Part shown: piece by piece, positions 7,644 to 9,872 of the stretch
Numbering within the stretch: position 1 is the first letter of the stretch
Layout: the number at the start of each line of letters is the position of its first letter
DNA from: a virus
Lineage: Duplodnaviria; Heunggongvirae; Uroviricota; Caudoviricetes
Length of the DNA: 9,872 nucleotides
Direction: 5' to 3' (one strand)
Virus record (IMG/VR): IMGVR_UViG_2663763428_000004
Program-made: the position numbers and the translations under genes
The notes under the pieces: model-generated
What the model saw: the letters and a program-made list of their open reading frames with translations, nothing else
Told to the model about the DNA's origin: nothing
The model's database searches: none

Positions 7644-8003
7644 TCAGAGAAACTTTGAATAGTGACCGTCGTCAGGCTCAGCAGAACGCCGTATGCTACG
7701 CTCCCGCCAGCGGATAAATAGCACAGACGGATGCAGTGTCAGCGGGCCGGAACCACTACCGCCAGCAGGAGCTGGTGCAGGCTTCAAGAGCGGTACATCA
7801 AACAGGCGCGTATACCGCTGTTCAAACCATGCCAGAGGGCAGGAAGAAAGCTGGTTGTCGCTGTCATGACGTATCAGCACTTCACAGCTGAATTCAGGAT
7901 TAACCAGCGCCACAGAGGGCGAGGCTTCTATTAATCGGATAATCGTGACCGTCCAGCCACGTTCATGCTGCCAGCGTTCGCCGGGGTGCGGATAATTACG
8001 CAT
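7644..8003 (-). CDS. Hypothetical protein (~119 aa)
   Basis: Track ORF 7644..8033 begins at a TTG; I prefer the ATG at 8003-8001, which is preceded by GGAGGTG. No motif recognised. Confidence 0.5.
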   Translation of the reverse strand: MRNYPHPGERWQHERGWTVTIIRLIEASPSVALVNPEFSCEVLIRHDSDNQLSSCPLAWFEQRYTRLFDVPLLKPAPAPAGGSGSGPLTLHPSVLFIRWRERSIRRSAEPDDGHYSKFL

Positions 8004-8172
8004 GTTCACCTCCGCAGGGAATGCGCCCGGCAAAGCTCAGTACATAGTCCGGGGCAAGTCTGCGCCGCGCTGACCGCTCGTTATCTGCGGTGATCCTTAA
8101 CATCACAGGACGGGCATTGCGTTGACTGCGGTTGATCGCCGCAAATAACCAGGTACACTTCTGTTTAGCCAT
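7996..8172 (-). CDS. Small basic hypothetical protein (58 aa), first gene of the leftward operon
   Basis: ATG at 8172-8170 preceded by GAGG; this is the 3' part of track ORF 7996..8730, whose upstream portion crosses the promoter and operator region and is not credible as coding. Confidence 0.35.
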   Translation of the reverse strand: MAKQKCTWLFAAINRSQRNARPVMLRITADNERSARRRLAPDYVLSFAGRIPCGGEHA

Positions 8173-8247
8173 CTTCGTTACCTCATTTAGCGGATTGGTC
8201 AGAAGCCCGGTTAGTGTTGCTGCACTGTCGGGCTTCGCACTCACAAG

Positions 8248-8340
8248 GTGAATCGCACCTTTAATTTTAAAGCTACCCTTAAGTGAATCGCACTTCAAGC
8301 TTTTTATTATCATTTTTTTTGCATATACTGAATCGCACCT
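8248..8340. promoter_or_regulatory. Three direct repeats (G/C)TGAATCGCAC(C/T)T in the divergent control region, with a candidate plus-strand promoter
   Basis: Repeats at 8248-8260, 8283-8295 and 8328-8340; -10-like TATACT at 8324-8329 abuts the third repeat; weak -35 TTTTTA at 8301-8306. Confidence 0.45.
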
Positions 8341-8359
8341 AACGCGAGGAGATCCAGTA

Positions 8360-8545
8360 ATGGCAACGAGTTCAACTAACAACAAGTCGCAGCAACTTAA
8401 TGCTCGTTTCCCACATGATGTAGTTGCAGAATTAGAAAGCAACCTTGAAGATGGAGAAACGAAAGCGCAATTCATTGTTACGGCTGTAAAAGGCGAGATT
8501 AAACGCCGACAGCGCAGGAAAAATAAGCCAGAGCAAGGTAGTTGA
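8360..8545 (+). CDS. Small ribbon-helix-helix (CopG/Arc-like) DNA-binding protein, candidate repressor
   Basis: 61 aa; GAGGAG 8 nt before the ATG; N-terminal ARFPHDVVAELESNL...AQFIVTAVKGEI fits the RHH strand-helix-helix pattern; basic C-terminal tail. No toxin partner downstream. Confidence 0.55.
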   Translation: MATSSTNNKSQQLNARFPHDVVAELESNLEDGETKAQFIVTAVKGEIKRRQRRKNKPEQGS

Positions 8546-8608
8546 ATAGAGAAGCCAACAGACGTTCTCTCTGTTTCCATGTTAATTTCAGTAAGCGACA
8601 ATATTTTT

Positions 8609-8642
8609 AAGCCCACAAATTCATTATGTCGGGCTTTTTTAT
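8609..8642 (+). terminator. Intrinsic terminator after the RHH gene
   Basis: Stem 8609-8617 / 8627-8636 with one bulge, 9-nt loop, then T6; sits between the convergent RHH and alpA genes. Confidence 0.5.
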
Positions 8643-8872
8643 TAGTGATTTTCATATCGCTCACCACGAGAGGCATATATTTGCTCTTGAATCCAGTGAT
8701 CCACTTCGCTTTCAACAAATGAAATTGCACGAGTTCCTATTTTCACCGGACGGGGAAATGTATTGTTTGCAAGCTGTTTGTAAAGCCATGCCTTGCTACG
8801 CTGAACGCGTCTTAAGACCTCTTTTGCTGAGATAAGAGTCTGATTATCTGAAAAGCTGTTTGCATATTCCAT
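8642..8872 (-). CDS. alpA: AlpA/Vis-family phage transcriptional regulator / excisionase-like protein
   Basis: LISAKEVLRRVQRSKAWLYKQLANNTFPRPVKIGTRAISFVESEVDHWI matches the AlpA helix-turn-helix pattern. Preferred start is ATG 8872 with GGAG upstream; the track start at 8917 is a GTG. Confidence 0.8.
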   Translation of the reverse strand: MEYANSFSDNQTLISAKEVLRRVQRSKAWLYKQLANNTFPRPVKIGTRAISFVESEVDHWIQEQIYASRGERYENH

Positions 8873-9248
8873 CTTGTTACTCCGTGTTCTACTTAAGTTC
8901 ACGGTGACTTTAAACACTGGGAAAAAGTGATTCTAGTGATAATGGAATCTATTAAGACAAATATTGATTCTATTGAAAAACAATAATCTCCACTGAAAAA
9001 AGAAGTAATATTCATATGAAAGAACACGGAGAGAAGGAAATGCACAAAAAAAACAAAATCAATAGAATTCATATGGATAGGATGGAAAATCAAAAAATCA
9101 TATGTCAAAAGGTATTATTGCATTTTAACGATTCATATTACCTAGGAATTAGCACAGTATTACACCATATTACATCGTATTACCCCCTATAGCCCGTTAG
9201 AGCCTCTTGTGGCCCTTCTATTGAGAGATAGCCAGAAAATTAATAAAT

Positions 9249-9851
9249 TTACTCTCCGTATTTTATAATGTCTTTCCCAAGCTTTATTTTCTTATAAAAC
9301 GTAGCTTTTTTAACCCCTTTCATTAGAATCTCATTCTCATTACAAAAAGAAACAATATCATTATATATAACACTATTATCGCTATAACTTACCTTTCCAT
9401 GTCTCTTAAGCAATTCAATTAGTAAATAAATTAATTTACAACTATAATTATCCTCATCATCTTTTCTGTACTGCCCTCTACCATTACTCCTTAATTTTTT
9501 ACCAACTTCATATAATTCACTTCCTCCTAACGTCATTAGAATATCACTCCAATCTTTATTTTTTACCTGTTGTCGTAATGCGTTCTCAATTCTCTCCTTA
9601 ATCTCCACAGGTACAATACCTTCCCTCTGAAAGATATAAGCGGCAGTTAATAATAAGTTCGCCTCCACTTTTTGCGTGGCGGATACGTTTTTATATTCAT
9701 TAATTAATTGTAGATTTCTGGTTATTGCCTTTCTTAATCTAATAACCTCTTTTAATTGAACCTCAGTCAATTCATCATTTTCGGTATCATAGTCAAAACC
9801 ATTCATAGCAAGCGCCACTTCGTGTGGCGTTATGTAAGTTACCCTATTAAA
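9249..9851 (-). CDS. AT-rich hypothetical protein, probably 5'-truncated by the contig end
   Basis: Track ORF 9249..9818 starts at a GTG. Neither that GTG nor the first ATG (9806) has a Shine-Dalgarno sequence, and the frame stays open up to the adapter at 9854. No recognisable motif. Confidence 0.55.
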   Translation of the reverse strand, partial: FNRVTYITPHEVALAMNGFDYDTENDELTEVQLKEVIRLRKAITRNLQLINEYKNVSATQKVEANLLLTAAYIFQREGIVPVEIKERIENALRQQVKNKDWSDILMTLGGSELYEVGKKLRSNGRGQYRKDDEDNYSCKLIYLLIELLKRHGKVSYSDNSVIYNDIVSFCNENEILMKGVKKATFYKKIKLGKDIIKYGE

Positions 9852-9853
9852 AT

Positions 9854-9872
9854 CTGTCTCTTATCAACATCT
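9854..9872. other. Non-biological Nextera mosaic-end remnant at contig end
   Basis: ctgtctcttatcaacatct matches CTGTCTCTTATACACATCT at 17 of 19 positions. Confidence 0.75.

Noticed and set aside
4323-7662. Numerous GC-rich ORFs on both strands nested inside the primase and upstream small genes (for example 4323..4565, 5058..5375, 5968..6351, 6505..6924, 6761..7147, 7012..7221, 7288..7662)
   Set aside because: They are nested in or antisense to the 890-aa primase and its coupled upstream genes; high GC content inflates spurious ORF length.
7996-8730. 244-aa minus-strand track ORF 7996..8730
   Set aside because: Most of it runs through the promoter and operator repeats and antisense to the RHH gene and its terminator; only the last 58 codons (8172..7996), which have their own ribosome-binding site, were kept as a low-confidence gene.
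8626-8835. Plus-strand 69-aa track ORF antisense to alpA
   Set aside because: It overlaps the well-supported AlpA gene and starts within a terminator.
8899-9108. 69-aa minus-strand ORF in the AT-rich region upstream of alpA
   Set aside because: Low-complexity, Phe/Ile-rich translation of AT-rich repeat DNA with no ribosome-binding site; more likely regulatory DNA.
158-9851. Idea that the contig is circular and the truncated RT continues into the right-end ORF 9249..9851
   Set aside because: The right-end protein has no YxDD box or other RT C-terminal feature, and the combined length would not fit a retron RT. If the element is circular, sequence is missing between the two ends.
1-9872. Integrase, att site or tRNA integration target
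   Set aside because: I found no tyrosine-recombinase-like ORF and no tRNA-like sequence; the element's ends are presumably outside this window.

Overview
This window looks like an assembled contig fragment whose two ends (1-157 and 9854-9872) are Illumina/Nextera adapter remnants, not biology. The GC-rich centre (about 2000-8900) is the core of a P4-like phage satellite, all on the minus strand: an AlpA-family regulator, four small coupled genes of unknown function, an alpha-like zinc-ribbon/TOPRIM/P-loop primase-helicase, a cluster of TGTTCCACC iterons resembling a replication origin or crr, and a capsid-hijacking module (Sid-like, Psu-like, Ogr/Delta zinc-finger activator) ending in an intrinsic terminator. 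A small ribbon-helix-helix gene lies on the plus strand beside three direct repeats that look like an operator. Directly downstream of psu/ogr, in the position of the satellite defence hotspot, is AT-rich cargo: a retron-like module with a structured candidate msr-msd region, an NDT-like effector gene, and a retron-type reverse transcriptase cut off by the contig end just before its YxDD box. The right end carries a second AT-rich gene of unknown function, also truncated. I could not run any searches; family assignments rest on motifs read by eye and on recalled sequences, and are weakest for Sid and the ncRNA.
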